Notes under the pieces: model-generated
Told to the model about the DNA's origin: nothing
Database searches by the model: none
What the model saw: only the letters and a program-made list of their open reading frames with translations
Part shown: piece after piece, positions 47,169-57,000 of the stretch
Numbering within the stretch: position 1 is the first letter of the stretch
Layout: each line of letters starts with the position of its first letter
NCBI GenBank assembly: GCA_024231025.1
Contig: JAAEQW010000327.1
Span: 16,022-80,021 of the forward strand
DNA length: 64,000 nucleotides
From: Candidatus Omnitrophota bacterium
Lineage (GTDB): Bacteria; Omnitrophota; Gorgyraeia; Duberdicusellales; 4484-171
Reading direction: 5' to 3'
Translations under genes and position numbers: made by a program

Positions 47169-47561
47169 ATGAAAAATAAAATTCTAATCACTACATTGTT
47201 TCTCTTATTTTCAATTTCTTCATCGGCATTTTCCGAACAGATTAATCCTGAAAAATTCATAATTGATCTAATTAAAGCCGCTCAGGATAATAATTTAAAA
47301 GAAATTGAGGCTTATGCTGATCTTAAAATGATAGCATCGCATCCTCGTCATTCAATGGAACCAAAAGAATTTATTGAATTTCTTAAAGGTATTGATTTAG
47401 AAAGAATCGAATTTCAAAAATTAGTTAACCGTGGAATAGAAAAAGGAAGAATCCTGGTGAGAATTTTAAAACCTATTAGTTGCGATTTTGAATTAGAAGT
47501 ACAGCCGGATTCAACAACAGAAATAGGAACAAAAATACGGGTTGTTGACGTTCATCCGTGA
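47169..47561 (+). CDS. Cassette gene: secreted hypothetical protein
   Basis: Signal peptide (..SSSAFS); lies between attC1 and attC2. Confidence 0.75.
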   Translation: MKNKILITTLFLLFSISSSAFSEQINPEKFIIDLIKAAQDNNLKEIEAYADLKMIASHPRHSMEPKEFIEFLKGIDLERIEFQKLVNRGIEKGRILVRILKPISCDFELEVQPDSTTEIGTKIRVVDVHP

Positions 47562-47568
47562 ACAAAAA

Positions 47569-47644
47569 ACATAACAAGGCACTGCAGCTGACCCTACTAC
47601 GCCCCTTCGGGGCTTCGAAGGACAGCTGAGTTTGAATGTTATGT
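47569..47644 (+). mobile_element. Integron attC site 2 (76 bp)
   Basis: ACATAAC-AAGGC-ACTGCAGCTG ... CAGCTGAGT-TTGAAT-GTTATGT. Confidence 0.88.
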
Positions 47645-47656
47645 GAAAAAAATAAA

Positions 47657-48364
47657 ATGATTAACGAACTATTTAAATCTTCTTTAACAGGGCCACTATC
47701 TTACAAAATTTTCTCCTTTGTATTGATCGCTGCGATCTTTATTTGGATCTTTTGGGGAAATAAAATTGCCCAAAAACAAGAGGCGAGAAAAAATCAAAAA
47801 GCCGAACAAGCTGAGCAGATTAAACAACGCCCTTGGGTTGATGTGGACTTTGAAATAATGACCCCCCTTTCTTATGACAACAAAGAATGGGATGCTGGAA
47901 CACGCTGGCATGTGACTATAAAATATCGTTTAGAAAATGTCGGGAAAACACCTGCAAACAAAGCTTCTTTTATGGCAAAAATGATTCCATTGACTTCTAG
48001 CGTAAACGTTACTCAGGAATTTGATGCCCTTTACAAGTATCAACAACAACTAGCTAAGCATAATATGGGTTTCGGACAAACTCTTTTTCCAGAAAAAAAG
48101 CGCATTGTTAAATTTGTCTTGAATGGGAATCCAAGAATTTTTGACGAAATTAAAAAAAATCCAAGTGGCTATGCTGGGCATTTTCTTGTTATTGTTTGTG
48201 CAACCTATAATTCAACTTATAATAACGAGTTATTCCACACAGCAAAAGCGTTTCAACTATTCAAGCGTTCTGGAAATAAATTCATAGATCCAAATGGGGA
48301 AACCATTCCTGTAAAGGATCTCGCAATTGTACCGCATCCTATACAAGGGAGCCGTGCAGAATAA
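47657..48364 (+). CDS. Cassette gene: single-TM hypothetical protein
   Basis: ATG at 47657 just after R'; one TM helix followed by a beta-rich domain. Confidence 0.7.
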   Translation: MINELFKSSLTGPLSYKIFSFVLIAAIFIWIFWGNKIAQKQEARKNQKAEQAEQIKQRPWVDVDFEIMTPLSYDNKEWDAGTRWHVTIKYRLENVGKTPANKASFMAKMIPLTSSVNVTQEFDALYKYQQQLAKHNMGFGQTLFPEKKRIVKFVLNGNPRIFDEIKKNPSGYAGHFLVIVCATYNSTYNNELFHTAKAFQLFKRSGNKFIDPNGETIPVKDLAIVPHPIQGSRAE

Positions 48365-48390
48365 GGTAAATCTAATTGAATATTAAAAAC

Positions 48391-48456
48391 ACATAACAAA
48401 TCACTGCACCTGACCAAAAAGCTGCGCTTTTCGGCAGGTGAGTTCTGATGTTATGA
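48391..48456 (+). mobile_element. Integron attC site 3 (66 bp)
   Basis: ACATAAC-AAATC-ACTGCACCTG ... CAGGTGAGT-TCTGAT-GTTATGA. Confidence 0.88.
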
Positions 48457-48484
48457 TATACAAAAACAAGGACAAGGAGAACAA

Positions 48485-49327
48485 GTGAAAAAAACAAATT
48501 TAACAGCCGTCGCCTTTCTTTTGCTTTTTGCTGTGGCATTATTTTCTTTCGCTGAAACAAAAACAGAAGAACAATTATCTTTAAGCAAAGCACAATCTTT
48601 TTTAACGCAACAGGCTTTTGATAAAGCAATTGAACAATTTCAAAAAGTCTTATCATTAAATCCACAAAACGATCAAGCTCTTTTTAGCATGGCCTTTTTA
48701 TCCTTTCAGCTGCACCAAGACTATGATAAATCTCTTTATTATGCGAGCAAGGTTTCTGATAATTTTAAAAACAAATATCTTGCAAACATTATTGCAGGCC
48801 ATTGCTTAGCAGCAAAAGGCAAAACCGATGAAGCTATATCAAACTTTGAAATAGCCTTAAAAACGGATCCTGACGATGAGGACTCCTTGATGCTTTTAGG
48901 AACTTTATATTTTAGCGAGAAAGGAAACCCTGCAAAAGCAAAACATTACTTTGAGAGACTTCTACAAGTTTCGCCAAACCATGAAGATGCTCTTTTAGGT
49001 TTAGGCTTGGCTGCACAATCCGACAATCAAACAATAAAATATATGGAAAAACTAATAGAAATAAACCCAAATCATCCTGACGCATACGCAACATTAGCAA
49101 CCTCATATGGAAATAAGGGGGACTTTGACACAGCAATCACAAACTATAAAAAAGCTATAAAACTATCTCCTAACGATCCCTATAACTATCAAGGCTTAGG
49201 GCTATGCTACAAGGATAAAGGAAACTCTGAAAAGGCTCTAGAATTTCTTAAGAAAGCAGCAGAAATAAATACTGATAGCAACGTTGCAAAAGAAATTGAA
49301 GCAGAAATTGAGAAGTTAAAAAAATAA
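48485..49327 (+). CDS. Cassette gene: secreted TPR protein
   Basis: AGGAGA RBS, signal peptide and multiple TPR repeats. Confidence 0.85.
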   Translation: MKKTNLTAVAFLLLFAVALFSFAETKTEEQLSLSKAQSFLTQQAFDKAIEQFQKVLSLNPQNDQALFSMAFLSFQLHQDYDKSLYYASKVSDNFKNKYLANIIAGHCLAAKGKTDEAISNFEIALKTDPDDEDSLMLLGTLYFSEKGNPAKAKHYFERLLQVSPNHEDALLGLGLAAQSDNQTIKYMEKLIEINPNHPDAYATLATSYGNKGDFDTAITNYKKAIKLSPNDPYNYQGLGLCYKDKGNSEKALEFLKKAAEINTDSNVAKEIEAEIEKLKK

Positions 49328-49329
49328 AA

Positions 49330-49393
49330 TCATAACAAGGCACTTCAGCTGACCAAAACCTGCGGTTTCGGCAGCTGAGTTTGAATGTTATAA
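49330..49393 (+). mobile_element. Integron attC site 4 (64 bp)
   Basis: TCATAAC-AAGGC-ACTTCAGCTG ... CAGCTGAGT-TTGAAT-GTTATAA. Confidence 0.88.
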
Positions 49394-49399
49394 CAGATA

Positions 49400-49795
49400 A
49401 TGAAAACAAAATATAAATTCACTTTTTGGGGTATAATCTTCATTTTGTTTGGAACCTTTGGCTTTTTGGCAAACACTCTTTGTTGTTATTTCTATTTCTT
49501 CGAGAAACAACTACCTACCGGCAAAATGGGATCTTTTTTAAGCTTTATGTGTGCACCATCCACTCATCTGTCTTTATCTTCTGCTTGGCCAAGTCCTTGG
49601 AGTATGTGCACATTAATGGTTGCTACTACTTTAATATTTTCCTTATTTATTTGGATAGGATTATTTTCATTAAAAAAAGATGGCTCACATTTAAAGGCAG
49701 ATATGAATCCTGAATTAAAGCAAGCTCTTGAAAATAATGATTTTGAAAAAGCGGCTTTATTGCGTGACCAAGCAAAAAGAAAACAAGACATCTAA
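49400..49795 (+). CDS. Cassette gene: two-TM protein with a C-terminal UVR (UvrB/C) motif
   Basis: Two hydrophobic segments; ELKQALENNDFEKAALLRD matches the UVR pattern. Confidence 0.65.
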   Translation: MKTKYKFTFWGIIFILFGTFGFLANTLCCYFYFFEKQLPTGKMGSFLSFMCAPSTHLSLSSAWPSPWSMCTLMVATTLIFSLFIWIGLFSLKKDGSHLKADMNPELKQALENNDFEKAALLRDQAKRKQDI

Positions 49796-49830
49796 CAAAT
49801 CACTACAGCTGACTAAAACCTGCAGTTTTG
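49790..49830 (+). mobile_element. Truncated attC site 5 (left half only)
   Basis: ATCTAAC-AAATC-ACTACAGCTG-ACTAAAACCTGCAGTTTT resembles attC4, but L' and R' are replaced by RAYT sequence. Confidence 0.7.
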
Positions 49831-50342
49831 TGCAAGTGATTAAGGAAAATATATTTGGTGAAATAAAAAATAATGGGATATCCGTAGGGGCCGACGGCTG
49901 TCGGCCCTCTATAGATGTAAAATTAAATGAATTTGGTTTAATTGTTAATGACGAATTAAAAAATTCTGAAATTATTCGAAACGAAATAAAATTGAACGAT
50001 CATGTAATTATGCCAAATCATATACATGGAATTGTTATAATTCAAAATAATATCATAAAGGGCCGACAGCCATCGGCCCCTACGGATAAAATTAATCAAA
50101 AACAATCATTATCATTATTTGTCGCCGGTTTTAAATCCTCGGTAACAAAACGCATCAACACCTTACGTAATACACCAGGGAATCCTGTTTGGCAAAGATC
50201 GTTTTATGACCATATTATCCGCAACAAAACATCATTAAACAAAATACGTGAATATATAACCAATAATCCCATAAATTGGCAATTTGATGTTGAAAATCCT
50301 GACAGAATTGGTAAGATGAAATCAGATACAATTACCGTATAA
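49831..50342 (+). mobile_element. Second RAYT/Y1 transposase fragment, 5'-truncated
   Basis: MPNHIHGI HUH motif, FKS..TK and WQRSFYDHIIR; internal REP pair at 49884-49907 and 50060-50083. Confidence 0.8.
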
Positions 50343-50465
50343 CAACGCACTGCCACGTGAGCCCTTCGGGCAACGTGGCCTACGTCCCGCAAAAACGGGA
50401 CTGCGGCAGCCGAAGTCGCGTTTGACAACAAAGTTGTCATCACGCGATGAGTTTGAGTGTCATAC
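50337..50465 (+). mobile_element. Integron attC site 6 (129 bp, R' mutated)
   Basis: GTATAAC-AACGC-ACTG ... TGAGT-TTGAGT-GTCATAC; R' is one base from the exact complement GTTATAC. Confidence 0.65.
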
Positions 50466-50558
50466 CCAATAAAAACAAATTTGATAAATGTCAGATTTAA
50501 CAACCAGAGGTCGGGAGATTAAAGAGTCAGGTTGGCAAGTTGTAACCCTTTTGTTATC

Positions 50559-50969
50559 TTATTGGACTATCTTAACAACCACTTTTCTTTGCCGAGACCT
50601 TGTATCAAAATCAATTAAAACAACCTGCTGCCACCTGCCAAGATCGAGCTTACCGCAAGTGACCGAAACAAAAAAGCTTGTTTTTAAAAAAGAGCTCCTT
50701 AAGTGAGAATGCCCGTTATCATCCGACCATGTCGCGTTATGTGCATAATCTTTTTTATAAGGAAAAAGGTTTTCAAAGGTTTTGGTCATATCTTCAACTA
50801 AGCCGGGCTCAAATTCCATTGTCGTAAGCGCCGCGGTAGACCCAATAATCGAAAGAAACAGAATGCCTTCTAAAATCTCTGCCTTTTCAACCATGTCTTC
50901 TAAGTGCGGGGTGATATCAATTATTTCGGCGTTACCTTTTGTGTCAATTTCTATATATTTAGTTTTCAT
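50559..50969 (-). CDS. YjbQ/UPF0047 family protein
   Basis: GSTAALT..E, DNGHSHL and LGRWQ motifs. Confidence 0.88.
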   Translation of the reverse strand: MKTKYIEIDTKGNAEIIDITPHLEDMVEKAEILEGILFLSIIGSTAALTTMEFEPGLVEDMTKTFENLFPYKKDYAHNATWSDDNGHSHLRSSFLKTSFFVSVTCGKLDLGRWQQVVLIDFDTRSRQRKVVVKIVQ

Positions 50970-51286
50970 CCTACAGTGCTTCCGGGTTCAACTTTTGTGT
51001 CCGTCGTGAGTACAGTTAGTTTTTCTCCCCCCTTGGCCGCCAGAAGCATGCCGCAGGACTCTACTCCTCTTACTGTTTTTGGTTCTAAATTTCCCAAAAC
51101 AACAACTAATTTATTTTCTAGGTCTTCTGGGGCATAAAATTGTTTTATTCCTGCCACCAGTTGAACCTGCTTTTCTCCGATGTCAACTTTCAAAACATAT
51201 AATCTATCTGCGTCGGGATGATCACTCACCTCCAGCACTTTGCCAACCCTTAACTCCAATTTAGAAAAATCCTGATAGGTGATCAT
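50966..51286 (-). CDS. tRNA-binding OB-fold protein (MetRS C-terminal/CsaA/Trbp111)
   Basis: DFSKLELRVG, HPDADRL and NLEP..VRGVES.GMLLAA motifs. Confidence 0.88.
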   Translation of the reverse strand: MITYQDFSKLELRVGKVLEVSDHPDADRLYVLKVDIGEKQVQLVAGIKQFYAPEDLENKLVVVLGNLEPKTVRGVESCGMLLAAKGGEKLTVLTTDTKVEPGSTVG

Positions 51287-53961
51287 TCCTCCTCCTTTTG
51301 CTTCATAATTCCTTTTATTGTTTGACTTAATACAGAAAGCTCATAAGGTTTCGCGGCTGCTCCCTTAAATCCGTATTCCTGAAAATCAACCATAACCGGA
51401 TCCGTAGAGTATCCGCTTGAAGCAATTGCTCTAACTTTTGGATCTATTTTTAACAGCTCTCCAATTATTTCTTTGCCTCCCCTTCCTCCCGGAATTGTTA
51501 AATCAAGAATTACCACATCGAAAGGCGTTCCGGTATCAATCGCTTCTTTATAAAGCTTTATGGTGTCTTCGCCATTAGCGGCAAAACTCGCCTTATACCC
51601 CAGATTATGAAAAACAATCTTTAGCGCCTTAACTAAAGATGCTTCATCGTCCATAACCAAAAGGCTTCCTTCCCCCTTGGTAACTTTACTTTTCTCGTTT
51701 TTTTTAGTTTCTTGTTGTAAAGACACCGGAAGATAAATAGAAAACGTTGTCCCCTGCCCTTGTTTCGCCTTTACGTTAATGTGCCCACCGTGTTTTTCTA
51801 TAACAGAAAAAACAACTGCCAAGCCCAATCCACTTCCTTTTTGTTTAGTAGTAAAGTAAGGGTCAAAAATTCTTTTCATGTGTTCTTCGGGAACGCCCAT
51901 TCCGTGGTCACTAATTGTTATCTCGATGTATTTACCCGCCTCAAGCAGCTGACTATTGTTTTTACTTAAAGTAATATTTTTAGCGCTAATTTTTATAGTT
52001 CCTCCATCAGGCATGGCTTGTTGGCCGTTAAGCACAAGATTTTGAACAACTTGACTCATTTGCCCAAGGTCAATCTCAACCGAAGAAAGATTTTCATCGA
52101 TATCAAAATCTCCCCTAACATTACTGCCTCTTAAAGTAAATTCGCCTACATCCTTAAGCATCTCTTTAATCGCCGCTGTTTTTTTAATCGGCACGCCTCC
52201 TTTAGAAAAGGTAAGCAACTGTTGCGTTAGGTTTTTAGCTTGCACCGAGGCCGCTTCTGCTTCAATGAGTCTTTCTAAGATTTTTTCTTGCCCCTCTCCA
52301 TACATTTTTGCAAGGTCTAAATTTGTTAAAACAACTGTAAGAATATTATTAAAGTCATGCGCAATCCCTCCGGCAAGAACTCCTAAAGATTCTATTCTTT
52401 CCGTTTTCTGTCGCGTTTCTTCTTCTTTTTTACGTTCGGTAACATCACGGCCTATTCCTAAAACAGCCGTATCTCCTTTCATCTTAACCGGGAATGTTCT
52501 TATCTCTACCGTTACACGGCTACCGTCTTTTCTTTTTACGATAATTTCTTCCGGCCCTCCAGCGTTTCCTGCCGCGTTTTGAGACAAAAGTTTTTCTGCT
52601 TTTTCACTCTCTTCTTCGAGGGTAAACTTTGCTATCAAATCTTTACCAACCAACTCTCCCTTATCGTATCCGGTTAACTGCTCAACGGCCCTATTACCAT
52701 CGATAAAAACCCCCCTTAGATCACTTATATAATACGCGTCGGGCGCGTATTCAAACAAAATTTTTAGCCGCTCTTGCGAGGCTCTAAGCTCTTTCTCAAC
52801 CTCTTCTCTTTCAACAATTTGCCGCATTAATTGCTTATTAGCAAAACTTAGTTCATAGGTTCTTTCTTCTACGCGTTTTTCTAATTGTTGTTTTGCTTTC
52901 TGTATCGCTTCTTCTGCTTTTTTGCGCTGGGCAATGTCACGAACAATGCAAATTGTTCCGGCAGTATCATTTTTTTCTTCGCGTAAAATTGACGTTAGGA
53001 AATCTACGCAAATAAGCTTTCCCTCTTTTGTCTTAATCGGAAAATCGCTGTTTTTGATTTGCTCTCCCTTCATTATTTTTTCTAAAAAATTCTCTTCGTT
53101 ATCTTGCTCGGGAAAAAGCAATCCAATAGTGTTACCTTTAAGCTCCTCCTCTTTAAACCCCAACAGGTTCTCGGCGGCGGGATTTATCGTTGTGATTTTT
53201 GCTTTATCATCTAGCAGAATTAAAGCTTCGTTCATCGCGGAAATGATGTTGTTAGCAACTGAGGCTGGGGTCACCACCAAAAATTTATATTTTGTAATCG
53301 CATAAGCTATTCCCATTGCCCAAATTAAAGCAACGATATGCGCCAAATCCGGAACGCCTAGGAATCCTAGTTTTGGTAAAACAATGTTTACCGATGTTCC
53401 TAACGGAACCCCGATTACTGAGGAAATAAAAATTATTCTTGCCTGTTTTCTTCTTGCAGGATTTGTCGTGTTACGAGAAACCTCAAAAATAAAGTACACC
53501 CCCACCACAATACAGATTCCATAATACGTAAAAAATAACCCGGTCCAAAACAGCGGTTTCCAGACTAGTCCCCACCCATAAGCAGTTGGTAAGTAGTCGA
53601 TTATGGCCTGCTTGCTCCATTGCTGAAAAATTAACAGTGCGGGTATAATGAAAAGGGTTATCAACAAGCCTTTGTTTTCGGCTATTCTTTGCTTTTTAGC
53701 AAACAGTAGCGCAAAATACAAAAAGAAAGCACTAAAACCAAACGACCCCACACAAGCAATTCTTTCAAAAAAGTGAACCATTTCATATGAAACAGCTGAA
53801 CTTTGAATAAAAATTTTCCCAAAGCTCCAGGCAACAAAACAAAAGGATAGCACGGCGCAAACCCGATTAATCTTTTGCTTGGGGTTTTTTACAAAAACGT
53901 ATACTCCTAGAAAGAGATACACTAAAAAGCTGAAAAAATTTAAAAATGGAAGAAAAGTCAT
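51283..53961 (-). CDS. Hybrid sensor histidine kinase (7TM, 2 PAS, HisKA, HATPase, REC)
   Basis: GGIAHDFNN, QVVQNLVLNG, PYFTTK..GSGLGL and a receiver domain (VMDDE, LDLT, KPY). Confidence 0.92.
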   Translation of the reverse strand: MTFLPFLNFFSFLVYLFLGVYVFVKNPKQKINRVCAVLSFCFVAWSFGKIFIQSSAVSYEMVHFFERIACVGSFGFSAFFLYFALLFAKKQRIAENKGLLITLFIIPALLIFQQWSKQAIIDYLPTAYGWGLVWKPLFWTGLFFTYYGICIVVGVYFIFEVSRNTTNPARRKQARIIFISSVIGVPLGTSVNIVLPKLGFLGVPDLAHIVALIWAMGIAYAITKYKFLVVTPASVANNIISAMNEALILLDDKAKITTINPAAENLLGFKEEELKGNTIGLLFPEQDNEENFLEKIMKGEQIKNSDFPIKTKEGKLICVDFLTSILREEKNDTAGTICIVRDIAQRKKAEEAIQKAKQQLEKRVEERTYELSFANKQLMRQIVEREEVEKELRASQERLKILFEYAPDAYYISDLRGVFIDGNRAVEQLTGYDKGELVGKDLIAKFTLEEESEKAEKLLSQNAAGNAGGPEEIIVKRKDGSRVTVEIRTFPVKMKGDTAVLGIGRDVTERKKEEETRQKTERIESLGVLAGGIAHDFNNILTVVLTNLDLAKMYGEGQEKILERLIEAEAASVQAKNLTQQLLTFSKGGVPIKKTAAIKEMLKDVGEFTLRGSNVRGDFDIDENLSSVEIDLGQMSQVVQNLVLNGQQAMPDGGTIKISAKNITLSKNNSQLLEAGKYIEITISDHGMGVPEEHMKRIFDPYFTTKQKGSGLGLAVVFSVIEKHGGHINVKAKQGQGTTFSIYLPVSLQQETKKNEKSKVTKGEGSLLVMDDEASLVKALKIVFHNLGYKASFAANGEDTIKLYKEAIDTGTPFDVVILDLTIPGGRGGKEIIGELLKIDPKVRAIASSGYSTDPVMVDFQEYGFKGAAAKPYELSVLSQTIKGIMKQKEEE

Positions 53962-53997
53962 CGTTTTTTTAATTTGTACGTGGCTTCTATAAGTAAA

Positions 53998-54026
53998 ATA
54001 ATACTACTCGGGTGGTGGTAAGTCAA
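53998..54026 (-). promoter_or_regulatory. Sigma-70 promoter for the kinase gene
   Basis: TTGACT (54021-54026), 17 bp spacer, TATTAT (53998-54003). Confidence 0.5.
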
Positions 54027-54049
54027 GACGTTGTCGCTTAATGACTTAC

Positions 54050-57000
54050 TTAATTATCAACGTTATCAGTAAAATACGAGGCATTGGCAGGAAAAACTCG
54101 ATAGACAATTGGACTAGCCCTAATAAGAGGAGACATCTCATAATCTTTATTCTTAACTAAATCATTAAACCTTGTTGCCTCTCCTTGAGTTTGCAAATCC
54201 CACATAGCAGAATCAAAATCAATTCCACCAGTAGAGGTTTTTGAATCGGTCAAAGGCAAGCCTTCTTGTTTTATGCCTTTGTTTTCAGCAAAAGCATTGA
54301 AAATATAAGCCTCCTTGCCAGAATACACTATAAGTTGCTTCGTTGTTGGTCTGAAAACTAAGCTCCATGGATGTTTTCCGGAATTAACTTCTACGAATTT
54401 TAATGTTTTGATTCCGAATTTCCTTGCTAAGTATTCTTCTGACTCATGTGCAAACCTCATCGCTCCTCGCATGTTATTGCTTAAATATATAGCCTCTTTC
54501 TCTCCATCACCCAAGTATTCAATATATTTTCTAAATGGCCTTTTCCCCCATAGCCTAGGTGCCTCACGTTTAAAATGGAATAAAGCGTAGTTGTCCGTGC
54601 ACTTATCCCGTATTAAAACCGCATGACACCCAGAAAAGCCATGGCTTCTCATAGGAATCAATCCTTCACTAAGCATCCCTTCATTTTCCTGAACCCATAT
54701 TGTCTCAAATTTATTTTCCAATATATCCAAACCTTCTTTACCGGATAAAACATCAGCAACAAACACCCTTTCTCCACCTTCTTCAGTCAAAAAGTCTGTC
54801 TGTTTATCGGGCTTTATTATCTCAAAACTACGAAACTCAATAATAGCCCGAGGAACATCTTCTAAGCTTAATCCCATCAAGGAAAAAGAGTTATTCCCCA
54901 TCCAAGAATCAAGAAAATCGTTTATATCTTCTCCCTCAGGATATACTTTATAGTACTCATCAGAAACAGCTTTTTTAACAATCGCAATGGCTTTATCTTT
55001 CACCTCTCCCTGCAATTCTGGATTCGTGGCTGTGATACTTAATATTCTAAAAGCACTTTGAGAAGAAAACTCTTCCCCACGCTTAAACACCTCTCCTATC
55101 GCCTCAACAATTTTGGGTGTTACGGCTTGAGGATTTTCCAAAGAAATATCCTTTAATACCGTATCTAAAACATAACTAGACGTACTTTCGACGTCGGAAT
55201 GCAGAGCTTCGATAAAAATATCATAAACTATTTCTTCATACCCCGGTCTTCGGATGAAATATTTTAATTTGTTACACGCTCCCTGAATAACCTTTTCATT
55301 TCTGTGGTATAACAACTCTTTAAGAAAATAAAGAGCTTTATCGAGATCAAAATGAGCTAAGACTTCTATATCGCCAAAAATACTTCTATCTAATTGCTCG
55401 AGGTTTTGATGTTCTATTAAATAATATAGCCTCTTCCGAACATTTGAAAGAATCTTCCTATGATCATCTGAAAGAATCTTCTCTTTTTCACGAATTACAG
55501 CTCGCCCAACCTCCCATAGCCATGCCCTAAATCCTGGCACTCTCTGGGAAACATCACGCTCAAAACTTGCTGCAATTCCAGCATCTTCTTGGGTCGATCG
55601 AAATTCCATCCTTCTAATCTCAGCAATGCTCCCAGCATGTTCACCCCCTCTATCTTCAGCCACCTTAATGGACGATTCAAAAGCACTCATTCCTTGACCA
55701 TAATTTTGGCCCTCAAACTCTCCTCCTTTATGCCAGCGAAGTTCTTCTTTTTCACGTTCTTTTTGCTGTTTGATCTCACCCTGAAAACCAACTATCACGC
55801 CTTGCCCGCCATCAGTTCCAGGCAATAATAAATGTATTACTTTAACGCCCTGGCCGTCTGCTCCCTTCATTACTTCTTGAACAACTTCTTCTCCTAAAGT
55901 AGTGACTTTAAGTCTGTCGGAAAGGATATAAATAATATTTCCATCGCTATCAATATCTTCGGTTATCAAATGTCCTTTGCCATTGTCTCGTCTTTTAAGA
56001 TACTTAATTACCGCCATCATAATGTCATCTTCTTTAGCCTCTTTTGGCAGACTCATAAATTCTGGTTCTTTACTTAGAGCAATGCGGTCTAAAACACCAT
56101 AAAGATGATCTAACTTCTTGGCTACGTCAATATATACCTGAGCAACAAACGCCTCACCATGGGTTTCATGTTTTATATCATTTTCTAAAACGGCTGACGA
56201 CACATTTTGCTCTTGAATAGCATCTGGATTATGGTGGGTATATCCACCAGAAAAGTATTTTCTACTAATCGCCTTATGCTGATACAAGTCATATTCTTTC
56301 TTTATGTAATTATAAACACCAGCCCTATACGCTTTAACATATTGCTGGTAAATTTCATTCTTTAGCTCTTTATCTTCAACGTCCACACCACTAACTTCAC
56401 CTTTATCAGCATAAGACTTACCCAACAAACCTTCCTTTAAATTACGTTTAAACCATGTTGCCAAAACCATAGAATAAAAAGCCTGTCGTAGTTTTGCAAA
56501 GTGCTCACCTTGATTAACCTCCCTCTCAATTTCGGGCAAAATTATTTCTTTCATAATTGAGGAAGAAACATCATTTATTTCCTTACTATTCTGAATATCC
56601 GACTTAACAGTTTTTGCCTCAAGGTTATACAAATTCTTTTTAAAAGCTAAATAATCACTTTCCAACATGACTTTTAAATGTCCCTCTACAACAAAAGCAG
56701 TATCACCATTCACATGGATTAAAACTTTCTCAGGCATAATCCATACTTTGCTAAACGTATTGATGGGCATATCAACTGCACCGTATAATTCATTTACTTT
56801 GGCATAAACTCTATCCCAGAACTTTTTACCTAATTCACTTTCAGGATAAGTTAAGGAAGACATTAATTGCTTAAGAATGTAGTCTTGTGCTAGTAGTTCT
56901 ACTCCCATTTCAGTCATGCCAAGCTTTTCAGGAATAACTCTATCTTTTTCGTAAGGCGAAAGGTTAACCCATAAATCTTCCTCTGGAATTGCTAAAGAAG

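Noticed and set aside
49728-49830. Start of the 204-aa ORF as the true RAYT start
   Set aside because: This stretch overlaps the previous gene and the truncated attC; it is read-through into a 5'-deleted transposase.
47101-50465. Repeats as a CRISPR array
   Set aside because: The repeats vary in length and sequence, are separated by whole genes, show attC R/L architecture, and there are no cas genes.
45949-50969. Integron integrase next to the array
   Set aside because: No ORF with tyrosine recombinase motifs; the flanking genes are a DEDDh exonuclease and YjbQ.
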